A stretch of 56,676 bases of DNA, the filler included, from Sluysia triapertura (lineage: Eukaryota), in the NCBI GenBank assembly GCA_046118255.1. It is 4 parts of 4 records of this genome, joined end to end, with 100 filler letters (N's around TTAATTAATTAA, not from the genome) between each part and the next. Parts side by side here need not be neighbours in the genome. Positions count along the whole stretch, not along the records: positions 1 to 13,563 come from JBJNIA010032268.1; positions 13,664 to 27,588 come from JBJNIA010014200.1; 2 more parts are not named here. One strand, written 5' to 3'. How positions within the stretch are numbered: the first letter of the stretch is position 1; each line of letters begins with the position of its first letter. Below the pieces are notes generated by a model, which was not told the origin of the DNA, made no database searches, and worked only from the letters and a program-made list of their open reading frames with translations. This document shows, in pieces, positions 11,146 through 24,670 of the stretch. The translations under genes were made by a program, and so were the position numbers.

Positions 11146-13441
11146 TTCATACTTATATTATAAATCTGCTACTATTTAAAAACACTCAGAAAATTGATTC
11201 CTTGTTCAAATTTAAATACTATATATAACACGTATTGATTTTCAACGTTAGTTACAATTTAGATGTGATACTACCGTAATTTAAAACTTAAAATATTAAA
11301 CTTTCTGCAAAAATATAAAAATCCAATCTTTAAAATCAAAAATAAAATTATTTCAATTTAGTTAATATTTAATAGTATCAACAAAATTTTATTTTAACTA
11401 AATAATTTATAGGTTTTATGGTTTTAATGCTTAAAATTTTAATATTGTTAGCCACATTTAACTTATATTACTTGGCAGTCGTAAAGCTGGAAAATGATTT
11501 TAGTTGCACTTTTATTTAATTTAACCTTGGGTATGATAATTTTTTAAATTTCTATGTCACTGAGTTCATATTGATTAATTAATTTATTTTAATTTAACAT
11601 AATTGAGAATATTGTGAAAGTCATTTAATTTTGTGAAATTGCTTTTGTGTTTTCGTCTACACTTAGTTTACTTAATATTTTTATTATAAATAAAGTTAAT
11701 AATTTTTTAAAAAGAAATGTTAAATTTTTTTGTTACAGGCTTATGCATTAATATATTTAAAATATAATTTCGGTTTGAAACAGCTAAAGAATTTTTCAGT
11801 TGAGTTAAGCTGAGGAGAGTGTGATGGAGGGAACTTGTAAGCTATACTTTTCTCTTCTGTGGTGAAATTAGCTTTCATCCACTATCCATCATTCTTTATG
11901 TATTTCATAAATTTAAATATATTATTGCATAATGTAGTACATTTCGATTTTAAAACTTATAAAAATCATAATAACCAAATGTCTCTTCAACATGTTGTAG
12001 TGACCAACCCCTTAACTTAAAATAAGTAAAATTCATCACACAAAACAACAACACTCACAACTACAATCATCACTCAATTCATTTTATAAAACAATAACAT
12101 ACTACCCTAACATTTCACCAAACCACATCCAACAATAAATTAATCCATACCTTAACATTCCCAACTCAATAAACTCTTACATTCATTTTCAACAACTCAA
12201 AACACTCACTCACTCACTAAACACCTTATCAAACAATTCACAACATCAATTCATCAAACACTTCAACAAACAAGTCAGAATCATATCACAATTTCCACAA
12301 ACCACAGATACAATAACATTCAAATGTTCCCATTAACTATTTCAGTAACAAAGATCATCACACACAAAACAATAATCAACAATAACATTCCAAATCCACT
12401 TCACACAATCATACCCATCATCTTTAATCATTTTAAAAACACATATACAAAATTATTTCGCAATAATCATCTCAAAACCAAATTAACTTTAATCCTCTCA
12501 ACAAATATCTCAAACTCAACCTTCCAGCAAACACTTTTAACCATCAAATTCAATGCATAAATCTTACCTTAAACCATAAACCCCTTCAAATCAAACTTAT
12601 ATCACTTCTACACATCTCTCTTCATCTTTACCCCAATTTCGCTACGATTCATATGTAGAAACAGAAATTACAAAGACCAGAATAAGTTCGTGTTAAATAA
12701 AAGATAGAGATTTATGCATTAAATTATTGTTATTATTATTTTTACTATTACTTTTTATTATATTATTATTACCATTCGTATTATTATTAATTACATTATT
12801 ATTATTATATTATTATTACTCTTATTATCATACATTATTGTCACTACTAGTCATATGACTAGTATATGATGTAATAATTTAAAGTACAATTATTTCTGTC
12901 GTTACTCATCAGTGTTGCCGTTATTAATCACATCATCGTATAACGTAATAATTGTTACACGCATACATTCGGACACTGATTCCCCATTTCACTTTGCATG
13001 CAAGTGTCTCTCGCTGATTGGATATAAACATCTAAATACAGATTTCCGTATGTGTGCCTGTTATGAAAAATTCACCAATATTGTTACAAAAATAAAAATC
13101 AATACCAGCCATTGGTTATTGCACATTCCAGGCAATCGTGAATTTTTACAACCATAGTTGAAAATCAATATACCAGACATAGAACAACACATAACTGTGA
13201 GTTAAAAAATAGTAATAGGAAAACTAAAATAGAACAAGAATCAATTACAAAAATTGATTAAGCAGCCATATTGAAATCACAATTTTTTGTTAATAGAGTC
13301 AAACATAAAAATTTGAAAAGCTAACATTCAATAATTAACTTCGATCATCAATAAATTACCATCACTACTTCTACGGATCGAGTAGTATAAGTTTTTCCTG
13401 GTTTTAATTCATCAGTCATATTAATCCGAATTCGAATAGAT

Positions 13442-13563
13442 TGTTGGCAATGTACCCAACAGATGAAACCAAAATGATTATCTTAGGTTGTGGGCGAGTT
13501 TTTAATACAGACATTATTCGTCAATGTTTACGATGTATTTCTACGAAAAGATATACTTCAGCA
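13442..13563 (+). pseudogene. Degenerate RING-finger-like fragment
   Basis: DCWQC, then after a frameshift TDETKMIILGCGRVF...IRQCLRC. RING-like Cys spacing with the His and middle Cys lost. Runs into an assembly gap. Confidence 0.35.
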
Positions 13564-13663
13564 NNNNNNNNNNNNNNNNNNNNNNNNNNNNNNNNNNNNN
13601 NNNNNNNTTAATTAATTAANNNNNNNNNNNNNNNNNNNNNNNNNNNNNNNNNNNNNNNNNNNN
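13564..13663. other. Assembly gap with artificial six-frame-stop linker
   Basis: 44 N + TTAATTAATTAA + 44 N. Confidence 0.95.
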
Positions 13664-13794
13664 TAGCAATACAATAAATTATTTACACAATCTTTCAGTT
13701 GAAAATTTTTCTTCTAAACCACTTGGATTCTATTTATCATACCATGTTATAAGAAAAATTTCAGTAGACAATTTTCAGTAGGCATACGTAAACT

Positions 13795-13899
13795 TCTATG
13801 TGTTACTGAGTATGACTTTTAACTAGTGCAGTCATTTGCTTCTTGTTGCATGCCTTTAGACATATCAGCATCTTTAATGACAGCTTTTCGTTCAGACCT
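13795..13899 (-). pseudogene. DYNLL: Dynein light chain LC8 (DYNLL) pseudogene fragment
   Basis: (AGG in place of ATG)SERKAVIKDADMSKGMQQEANDCTS* matches the LC8 N-terminus M(S/C)DRKAVIKNADMSEEMQQD. A following SYSVTH resembles LC8 GSYVTHE, implying an internal deletion. Confidence 0.8.
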
Positions 13900-14208
13900 T
13901 TTTAAATATAATATGAGACTATACCAAAAGGAAGTATAACCAAAAGGAAAGAATATAAGAATTATACTAAGGTAATATACTTGTATGGGACAATATTGAC
14001 GACTTGAATGTGACTGATTAATATAATTTATTATATAATATTATGTGAATTAAGAGACTATCATTTATTTAAGTTATAATATATTAATGTAAGGTAAAAT
14101 GGATGTTTATATTGTATGTGTTAAGGTTAAGGTATGCAGAACACTACATTTCTATTATTGTATCACTATTAATAGTTCTCTGGGACTTGATTTTTGTACT
14201 TTACATGA

Positions 14209-15513
14209 ATTCATGGATGCGAATTCCTAAATGGGAATGTTTACAACAAAAATTATGAAAAAGCATTAACTGTAAATCAGAAAATTGATAAAGTGGGTTT
14301 GAGTAGCGCTATGATAAAACCCACCGTTGTATGTTTATATGTCGTCATGCCTTTGGCTTATAATAACATAGCAATCTATAAAAGAGTTTTAACTAAAGAT
14401 GATTTAAAAGCAATAGGAGAATTTCAACGATCAAAGAGGTTCTTACGCGACACTCCTATTAGTAACACTGATATACAAATTAAACAACATATGTTCTTAG
14501 TATGTGTGAACCCTTTCGAAGAAACTGTTTACGTGTTGACTGATATAATCTGACAAAAGTACTACATACGCAGAATCAAATTGATAAAGTTATGCCTAAA
14601 TGAGCAACTAGAGAACGATAATGAGAATGGTGCTGTTAGTGAGGAGTTTAATGATATTTATGAAGACATAATGCTGGAATCGCAAATGACATTAGTAATA
14701 CGTTTATTTACTTTGGCTCTACGTTTATCAAATAAATTAAAACGAATCATTCTAACTCCAATTTGCTTGAAAAAATTTGATAATCTTCCAGAATATATTA
14801 CTTTGAGTCAATGAATTGACTGCAGTAGAGAAAATGTTCATAAAAAGAAGACGAAGTGCTTGTTCCTTGTTAAAGTGATTAAAAAAGATGACCATCATGC
14901 CAATACTATCCGTATCAATAATTTTATTCATTGTAAACGACAACCTGACGTAATTTCTAGAAATGAGAGAGACTGGAATTTAATAAGTTATCAATTGAAA
15001 ATTAAGAATTTTAGAAATGATGTTGATACACAACCCAATGTGATCGAAGCTTATGGATATGAAAATTTAGTGGATTCACATTTGTTTATCAATGATAATC
15101 GATGTTTAGCGAAACCACAAGCGATTATTGCAATGAATACGTTAAAATATATTGAACTATTCATAATTAACAACTATGATGATGATTATGAAGTTAACGA
15201 TAATGAAGATGATGCTATTAATGAAGAGTTTGTTGATGTATTAAAATTTAAAGAAAATGTTTCGAAACAACCATTAAAACATACAAGTCATTCAAGCAGA
15301 TCTTATTCAAATCAATCCAACAAGAGTGCTACTTGTCCATTCGGTAGTGACAACAATGGTATATGTATAAAGAGCGGAATCAACTGCTGCTATGCACATA
15401 CGTTGTACGAATTGGGGTCTATCAAGAGAAATGATTCAAATTATAACTATCATTCTTCGAGAATAAGAGAACCAGTAAAAGTTTTAGTTCATTGTCTGCG
15501 ATTTCGACTATGA
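14209..15513 (+). pseudogene. Intronless disrupted gene with C-terminal CCCH zinc finger
   Basis: ORFs 14293, 14581 and 14860 share one frame broken by TGA at 14551 and 14812. KSATCPFGSDNNGICIKSGINCCYAHTLYEL matches the C3H1 zinc-finger pattern. Confidence 0.6.
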
Positions 15514-17911
15514 ACGACTTTATCATGAACGATCAAAAAGTAAATAATTCTTTTATTTACAGTGATAATATTATAATCTCTATTTGTTATTCAGATAGTG
15601 GAACATGGAGTCATATTAGGAGCACATACAGAATCGAGTTCTTAAAATTTAAAATTATAATAAATAAATTTTTGTCAATATTACTTATTCTTTTTAGAAC
15701 AAAATATTAAAGATAGTTTTAATTTTTCAATTTTTAAAAATAGACTTTTGATAAAATTTAGTAATTTCTTCGTTAACCAAAGAGCAATTAACTATTTAAA
15801 CTTACTTTTTTATCAAAAAAGATTTAAAGCAAAACTTAAAAATTATTAATTATCTTCCATCACAACAGTAATAACGTAAGGTAATTAAGAAATTTAAACT
15901 TGGATCTAAATTACCATAAATATACATTAGGTTTTCATCAAAAATAATATTTTCTAAAAAAGGACATTCTAGAATTCTTTTTGCTATAATATATGAGTAA
16001 AGATTTCAAAGAAAATTTTGAACAAAGATTTCAAGTTGTAATAACAGTTTTTATTAGTAACCATACTATTAGTAAATTATTTTCAAAACAATCGCGGAAA
16101 TTTTTATGCCAATGCAATTCAGTGTCACAGAACAATAATTCAGTACAGCATCCATACAAATCTTATTTATTCCATCAGATTCAGTAAGTTATTTCTATTA
16201 CGGTTGTCTTAAAAATTATAAATACACTAAAAATAAATTTTAATTAAACCTATTGATTCCCGATTTATTGATGAGTAAAAACATTTTAAAAATATTAATT
16301 GTAATTTTTATTTATTTCACTTTGTTTCTTTTTATCTATTCACTACTTTAATATTAAGAACAATTTGTAAATAATTAAATAATCAACATTTGTGTTTTAT
16401 TATTCGGTTGTTTGTAGAATTTATAATCAATTTTTCAAAATGGCGAAGTTGTGCTATGTTAAAGCGCTGTAAGTACGAGAATATATATTAAAAAATGTTA
16501 CCATTTGAAATTCTAAAGAATAAGATAATTAAATTCAGACCGTCTAAATTCAATCCTATGTATAGTAATATAACCAAGTCAATATGAATAAGTTAGATGA
16601 AATTTAATATATAAAAGATTAAATTTGTATTTTAATTTTAATTTTTATACATTACAATTAACATCGATATATCATTATATCTTAGATAGACGTTTTATTT
16701 ATTGTTTTTCTACACGCAAAATATCGATTAATTTAAAAGTCAAATCTTATTAATAGTAAGTTTGGGTTGAAACATTACTTATTGTAACACGTGTTTTTGT
16801 ATTGCACATATTTTTGTGTATAATTAGCTTTCAAATTCATTATTTGTGTATTTATAATTTCACTTCTATTATATGATCATGACTCCTTACAATAATCACT
16901 TATAAGTTAGACATACTTATTTAAGAAAGAAGAATAATGTAAATAGACTTAAGTTATTCAAAAAAATTGACAAATGAAATAGTAATAGAATCCAGCATTT
17001 CTAAATAAAACTTAATAATATAATAAAAAATGAAAGTTATTATAATATAACAATACTAATACTGATAATAAAATAAAACTCATAATAAAAATGGTAAAAC
17101 AAAATTTTTATAAACATAAATATTTTGAATTAAATGCTATAATAATGAATCAAATTTAACATCATATTTGATACTTTAAAAAGCCTTTAGTATCCTAATA
17201 ATTGATAAATACTTGTAGTATTAATAAAATATTTTCTTTATGATTATCAAAAACATAAAAGTAACATTAAGAATTTATTTTTTGATTTTTAGTAACTTCT
17301 AGAGCGCTAGTTTACCACAACTTATTTACAAGAATGAATATAAATTCGTTTATTGGTTTTTGTGAAAACATTAAACAATATATGTTATTGTTTCTGCGTT
17401 TAAATTTTCGTTCATTTCTAAAATTTGTTTTATTTAACATTTTCATGTTTTGCTTGTAGCTAAAAGCATACGAAAATAAATTCATTATAATTAATGAAAT
17501 ATAAAATGTATAAGAATAAATTTTTAGTAAAAGTATTAAATGAAATGTGATCTACAAATAATGGTTAATCTAAACATTGGATTTTTCTTTTTAAAATATG
17601 TCTGACTATAATTTAAATATTCATTATTTTAAATGTTTAATGTTTTTGAAAATTATTCTGCATAAAAAATTAATTTAGTTAACGATTTATTTTGAAAACT
17701 TACTGGTTTATATAATAATGATGATAATAATAATTGCTGTGATTTTTCTTAAACTTATGAACAAAATAGTTTATATTTAAAACAAGTTACGGTTATAATT
17801 ATAACATTAAAAAAGCATTTCGATAAACTAAATCGATCTTAGTTGGATCTTATATGGAATACTTAATTTAATGTAATTTAATGAATTAGTTAGAATAGTA
17901 ACGTTATTCAG

Positions 17912-17984
17912 CACATAAATGAGCGGGGCGGGTATTAGTACCCGTTTTATGTACTGTCACTTAAGAATACCCGCTCATAATGTG
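17912..17984. mobile_element. Very short piggyBac-type MITE remnant
   Basis: Inverted ends cacataaatgagcggg / cccgctcataatgtg, right-hand TTAA, and an internal hairpin cgggta..tacccg. Confidence 0.55.
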
Positions 17985-19342
17985 TTAAGATAAACTTCTT
18001 GCAAAATACGAAAACAAAGAAAAAATATAATTACTATTTTTCTTTACCATGATAAGCGTACTAATAGTGTACGAATAAAAAATTAAAATTTTAATTTTGG
18101 TTTTTGATTTTATAAAGTTGAAGCATCATTAAATTTGTTGTACGATCTAGATATTTTAAGTACGTTTTGGGATTAAATTATAATTGATTTGTGAATTGAA
18201 TTGCGAATTACTGAGGCTGTTTTCTACAAAATTATTATTACGATAAGTATTATTAAAATTATTTTTAAATTATTGTTAATTATTATTTCATTTTATTGGT
18301 AGTATCATTATAAGAAAATAATAATCCTAATGAAATTTATTAATTAATTAAAATTAATAAAACTGAATCTTTTTATTCCTTGGATTTAATAAAAATTATT
18401 CGAAGTATACTTTATATTTCACTTTGTATAATATTTTGGGGTTATAATACTATTATAAAATCACACAATGAAATAATTTAAATATAGATTATTGATTAAT
18501 ACTGTAAATACACAATGAATTTAAATATAGATTAATTATTGATTTTGTAGCACTTTAATTAAAAATAAATTATTTTTTTTCATAAATTTTTGTAAAAGTT
18601 TATTTTGAATTTATTTTTGGAATGTATGAATTAATGGAATTTTAAGTAAGTACTAAATTATGTAAATTATTTTAAAATAAGTCCATTCTAGAAATGTAAA
18701 TTAATAAATTTTGTTTAAATCCTAAATTATTTATTTTAACCTTCAAGGTCATAATTATAGTATTTAAATAACAAATTTTAAACAATTTCTCTCACAAAAG
18801 ATTTTAACACCTTATTCTAAATCTTTAAATTTTGTCGCAAATTTGAAAGAAGAGCACTATCAATTCGAATTTAGCGGAACCTGCGAATAATTAAAAAGGT
18901 TTTTATTCGTTAGTTTAAAAGTTTTTGTGCAATTTTTAAGATTTCGTTTTATAAAATCTACTTAAAATCATTTTTGTTATATTTCATAGCTACCATTTAA
19001 ATAAGGTAGCGGAGTAAAATATCTTTTCAATATTTAAAGATTAAGATTATTATTATTAATCCATCCATCACTATTTGTACTATCTTTTACTATAATTGTA
19101 ATATTTTTTTATTTTTCAAGAAGTTCTTTATTATTTAAATAAAAATTTTGGCTACTTAAAAAAACGTATAACTTTTAAAATCATTTGACAAATTTTGGTT
19201 AAATTTAAGTATCATTAAAATATCTATAAACTGAAGAAAAAGTTATTAACTCAAAACAGTTATAATTTAAATATCTTTAAAATTTCTTTACCAAGGATTA
19301 GAAATAAAATATTAAGAAGTGCTTAACTTTCATAATAGTGTC

Positions 19343-19480
19343 ATACCTCCACAAACATTAAGATTTTATCTTGCTTCTAAATCCAACGGCTAGCCTTAAC
19401 TGATAAGACTAGTACGTTGGTAAACTCACATTTACATCTTTATTCTTGATTAAGTAATTAAGTTTCATACGCTTTCTCAG
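19343..19480 (-). mobile_element. Truncated copy of the SINE body seen at 43610-43900
   Basis: aaatccaacggctagccttaactgataagactagtacgttggtaaactcac aligns with aaatccaacggctggccctaatcgataagcccagtacgttggtgaactcac (43645-43695). Confidence 0.7.
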
Positions 19481-21099
19481 ATTGCTCAATTTTGCTTTAA
19501 GTTACAATGAATATTATTTTTTTATATAATTTTATTAGTTAATTTAATGCATAATAAACCTTTATGTCGTTATATCTGATGATATAGATAGAAGTGCATA
19601 TCTCACGGTTACACTAAATCATAGTATCAAAATTATGCTCATGATAAAGCAAAATTCAATTCACTAAAGTATATTTAAAAATAAATCTAAAAATTGACAT
19701 ATATATAATTTAAAATCTGCTAAAAAATGTCAATTCCAAATTAAGATTGAAATTAAAATGCATTTTAGTTCTCTTTACTGCTAATTAATTTATAAATAAA
19801 TTTCATAAGTTTCTGATGTAATAGGTCGAAGTACTTTGAAATTTTAATTTGTAAAATTATATTTTCTCTTATAGTCTCAAAGAAAAACAACCTCTTTGCT
19901 AAGTAAGATAATGATCATCAAAAAAAAACTAAATAAGTTATATACGTAAATAAGAAAAACCACACGCAATTAACATGAATTTTGAATTTTACATAAATCC
20001 GATTATTTTAATATTTTATTTTTAGATATTATATGAGATAACTGAATCATATTATATTAAATAAAATTATTTTAAGATTTTCTTTTGGATATTATATAAA
20101 TTACTACCAGATTTCCCAATCAAATTATATTAAATGATTAGACATCAGTTATATCAAATTATCACACTTTTGGTATTGTTATATAAATAAGGTTATTATT
20201 AAAAAGGAGGTGTTTACAAAGTAAAGAATTAACTAACTTGTTATTTATTTTTAATGAAAATATATTCATTAAGACTTGATACAATTCAGAATGAACAGAA
20301 TTACTACGGATTTATTAATTAAATTTAACTGAAAGATGATATTATCTCTTGATGACGAAGGTGTTAATATCTTATTTTGGTCACTCGAGTTTTATGATAG
20401 TGGAGTTCTATCAATTTTAAATGAATCATGTAAATTAAAGGACTTAAAAATTCATTTAACTCCTTTGATTAAATTAATTATTAATTTAATTAACATTACA
20501 TTTATTGTATATTAAATGATTAACACGTTCGCTACCACGGTCGCATATATGCACCGTATAAGTTCTTGATTTTGAGCCCGTAAATGTTTGGCATATTTAC
20601 TTTATCGATAAGGTGTGGAACTATTTTTTCGCTGTTAAAAAATCCAACACCGTTTAAAATCATTTCATAAGAAAAATTTCCGTGCGCTGTGGAGGAGAAT
20701 ATATAGTTTATTATATTCGTTGACATCAGCAGAATTACGAAGACCACCAAATAAATAATCCAACATTACAACAGAACAATTGTCAATCACTTTAACCTGT
20801 AGTTGAATCGTCTCAATGCTAAATCTGGTTATTTCGTGACGGAATTCTTGAGGAACATCTTCTAAACTTATACTGACGTTATTCTTTTAGATTAGACTAC
20901 ACAGTGACTTTAAACCGTAATTTTGAAATGATACAAACTGAAGAATATCTTGATCTAATGAATAGCATTTTACAATACGCAAATTTATTAACTCAACATT
21001 CTACTGTGCAAACAAATTTTAAAACAGCAGTTATTGAAGTGCTTATCATTTATAGTACAGTCTATTTTTTAAACAAGTACTAATGGCACGGCACTTATA

Positions 21100-22260
21100 A
21101 ACTTCAAAATACACTTCGTACACTATGTACAGGAACCACAAAACCTCTGAAAATGAAACAGATTACGATGATATGAAGGATGTGAAACAAAATGTACAGC
21201 GAAATAAAGATCTTGAAGCAATACAAAAAATAAATCCTATTGAACAGAAAAATTCGTATTATTTAAAGAAATATTATAATGGAATTTATCAAAGAATTTA
21301 TCCCTAAATGGTTTTACAGATATAGGATCACGAATGTTAGCAATTCGTTATAAAATTTTCTCGTAGAAAGAAAAAAATAGATAAAATGAAATATTTTGAA
21401 CGCGTAAATTGGGGAATAATAAATGCAAAATTTTTATAGCTAGAACAAAAATTCTAAATCACAGAAACGAAACAAAAAATCAACGCAATGGACGACTGTT
21501 TGAAGGATATAATAATTTGAATGGATATAATACGACAACTGAAAGACGTATGGAGACACATCCAAAATATAACCTCATGACATTAAAGAAGTTAGCAGAA
21601 ATTATATCAAACATAATAGATGTTATCATTAACGAAGACTGGTTGAAAGAAAAGAAATAAATTACATCGATGTAGGTGATATATTCCTAGAGTTGAACAT
21701 TGAAGATACAGATATAGAAGAACTGCCCGATTAATCATTATCTTTGCCTACAATAAAAGGTATTGAAAACTTAAGGAAGAATCACTGGCAAAACCTTAAA
21801 TGAAAAGCAAAAAATTAGTTATACTATCGATGTTACAAGAAACAGCGATCTAGTAAAAGGAGTCTTATCAGATTCCAGAATAGACAATTATCTGCTAAAA
21901 TACAATATAACTAATAAATTATTAACAGTTGTTCCAGCATCAAAAAGGGAGAAAATACTAACATTTTCATTATGGAAAATTATGAGGTCACCTTTTGACA
22001 AATAGAACAGTAGAAATAATCATAATAAAATATTATTGAAAAATTAGTAATTTTTGGAAAAGCCAGACACGAGGTTAATAAATATAATAGATTATCACCG
22101 ATAATTAATACTTCGAATCGAAATCTTACGTGACAAGAGATAAACCAATAGAGATTCTATCAAGAAGTATATTAATTATCGGAAAACTAATACAGGGATT
22201 AATTGAAAGCGCTCTAAATTGGATTCAACGAGCTGGCTTGTTTGAGTTTGTAAATAATTT
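21100..22260 (+). mobile_element. Heavily deleted Ty3/gypsy remnant (gag-like, RNaseH trace, integrase Zn-finger, post-integrase protease-like motif)
   Basis: LTVVPASKREKIL..HYGKL*GHLLTNRTVEIIIIKYY (~21920-22040) aligns with HDGQLGGHLLTRKTLSRINNKYYW of the element at 34080. LSRSILIIGKLIQGLIESA lies at ~22157-22213. Confidence 0.6.
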
Positions 22261-23851
22261 ATAGGATGCATTTGTCTAATGTATTATTATTGTGAAACGA
22301 TTTAAAATTTAAAATATTTGACTGAATGAATTTCTTGGATGTGAAGGTTTAAAGACATAGAATGTAAGAAATACTCAGAAATATTTAAGGATTCAGTGAT
22401 TTAGACCGGAAATTATGTTAATTATGTTTTGAGTTGAAAATTGGTTATGAACTAATTTTGTAATAAAATCATATGCAATGGGTTTGGTTACCTCATCTTG
22501 GCTGCGCATATCATATCATTTTCCCGTACTGGTTCTAGCATTCCAATTTCTTTATTTTTAAAAAATTTAATTGATCACAAATATGATTACAAAATCTTAA
22601 CAGGTAATTTATGATGTTTTACAAATTACTATGTAAAGATATTACAAATTATAAACGATGTCTTAATTCGCTACAAAACTAAAAGGTTGTCCAGATTTAA
22701 AATAACCACTAAACGTGGATAGAATCGAAGTAATTTGGTAATTATAATGGATAATTATATTTAAGTGCGGTATCCTTAACTAAATTAAAATTAAATTAAA
22801 TTTTTTGTAAAAAAATTTAATAAATGAAGTGTGACTTGTTGATCTAACTTAAACATTTTATGTTTAAGTGATGTTTTATTATTTAGTTAGTTCATATATT
22901 TTGTCGGGTCTTTTTATTCTATGTTGCTATTTAATACGACTTAGTTAAAACTTCTCACACTTTTAAAATTGAGTCTTAAAAAGAGAATTCATATTTAAAA
23001 TTTAGATTTCATTAACTACTTCTATATCGTACATCAGAAACATGTGGAACTCTTATTTTCAGATAAAGATTGTCTCAGAAAGTATTACGAGAGTTTGAAA
23101 TATATTAAAGTCACTTTAAGTAATTTTAAAATAGAAGAAAAAATTATATTACAAATAAATTAAATGTGAGTAAGAGTTATTACTTATAAACAATTTGCAG
23201 TTATTAAAACAAAACAAAAATTACGTGTATATATATAGTCTTAACTTAATAAATTAATTTGATAAACTAAATGTAAAATGTAATTTTGAAAATTTCGACA
23301 AATCACGATTAAAGTACAGATAGAGCATCAATTTCCGGTTTTAGTTGTTATTGCATCGACATTTTTTGTCACTACACTAAACAAATAAAACGAAATACAA
23401 AATCATTAATACCATGCATACAATTGAAACCATCACATCATTCAGAACATACGTTAGACGTTTAGGATACAAGTGGACTCACTATGCTGCCTAATAAATT
23501 CAAAGCACTAGCACTTTTATGTTATATCTTTTCAAACATTTAATTTAAAGGTCTGAAATTGTTTTTTTATTATTTATTAGAGCTAGAATATTGCTTGAAT
23601 CGACAAATTAATCTAATTAAGCTATCCTAAGGAAGTCTTTCGGTTATATTCGTTTTATTATAATCACAATCAACTAAAGTATTACTATCATAACAGTTAG
23701 TTCTAGATACTCAAGCGATATGTGAATATCTTTTTCATTGATACGTGTAACTATTCGACAATTGTGAGCGAAAAAAATGGTATTCTGAATCAGTGAATAC
23801 CAAAAATTGATGCTTTACCCCTATATCATTTAATAAATGTTTCAAATGAAA

Positions 23852-24194
23852 TCAAATTGCTTCAGGTGGCCAGTTCATTCGCGTTAAAAATGTTCTATAT
23901 GATTTAGGTTTTTCTGATTCAAATAAGTATTCTTTATTCACTCTTCGTCCTATGAAACCAGATGTCGTTTGTGGATATGGTTTCGGAGATGGAAGTGCAT
24001 CAGTTAGAACATCAAAATGAACATCTTTACATATTAAACGTAAATGTTCTGGTATTTCGATTTTTGGACGACATGGGTCTTTTAGTTGTGCCATTTCTGT
24101 TTCTGTTAAAATATTTTTAATTGGTCCTGAAATATTTCCATATTTGGATAAATACGTAGCATTTGCCTCTCTTTCTTTAAATACTTCTTGTTCA
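23852..24194 (-). CDS. CIMIP1: C20orf85/CIMIP1-like (LLC1 domain) ciliary microtubule inner protein, terminal exon
   Basis: PKIEIPEHLRL...PSPKPYPQTTSGFIGRR...FLTRMNWPPEAI matches the C20orf85 motifs PKIELPERFRI, PSPPVPQTTQGFIGWR and ELCWP. ttctaag acceptor at 24195-24196. The 5' exon is not resolved. Confidence 0.8.
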
Positions 24195-24289
24195 CTTAGA
24201 AATAATAGCAATATAATAATATTACATTAACTTAGGTAGAGCTAAAATCTAACAAAAATAGGTACCAAAACGCTAAAAAAAATCATTCA

Positions 24290-24670
24290 TTATAACACTT
24301 TCAGTAGAAAAAATCTTAAATATTTCATAATCTCACAGTAATTTAACATTCTATGGTGAAATTACTGGTATTCAAAAGGAACAAACGCTATTCAAGCTAT
24401 CATCTCTTATTATCACTGTTTAAACTGTTATATATTAAAGACATTTATTTCTATTTTCTCATTTTTTATTATTCAATTTACAAATTATTGCCATGATTCT
24501 GAATTCCTATTATTGATAACTAATGCAATCTTTCTTTGAAAATAATTCTTGCAAACCGACTCAATAGTAATTTCATTTTTCGTATATCTCTATGTGCTAT
24601 TGACTATAATTATACCATTATTAAAATCTAAATTATTAGTTTCGTCGTGTATCATTAATCTTATTAATGC
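24290..24670 (-). mobile_element. L2/CR1-type LINE fragment, same family as 6800-7380
   Basis: Shared sequence aattattgccatgatt(c/t)tgaattc...gataac(t/c)aatg. Confidence 0.6.

Noticed and set aside
12912-13157. RIHSDTDSPF...GYKH as an integrase core
   Set aside because: Single weak motif with no other integrase signatures nearby.
13608-13619. TTAATTAATTAA islands in N runs (also 27633-27644 and 43371-43382)
   Set aside because: Identical 44N-12-44N layout with stops in all six frames. This is a scaffolding linker, not biology.
16440-16468. ATG exon MAKLCYVKAL|gtaagt resembling an SH3 start
   Set aside because: Good donor, but I found no valid downstream exon. The YDYK candidate near 22581 lacks an AG acceptor.
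20532-20880. Minus-strand ORF ending YMRPW (acyltransferase-3-like) and an overlapping alternative frame
   Set aside because: Only a 4-5 residue resemblance, two competing frames, and no splice model.
22065-22095. Possible RGLINII furin/fusion-peptide motif of errantivirus Env
   Set aside because: Needs an added base and lacks the upstream RxKR. The downstream sequence fits a protease motif better.
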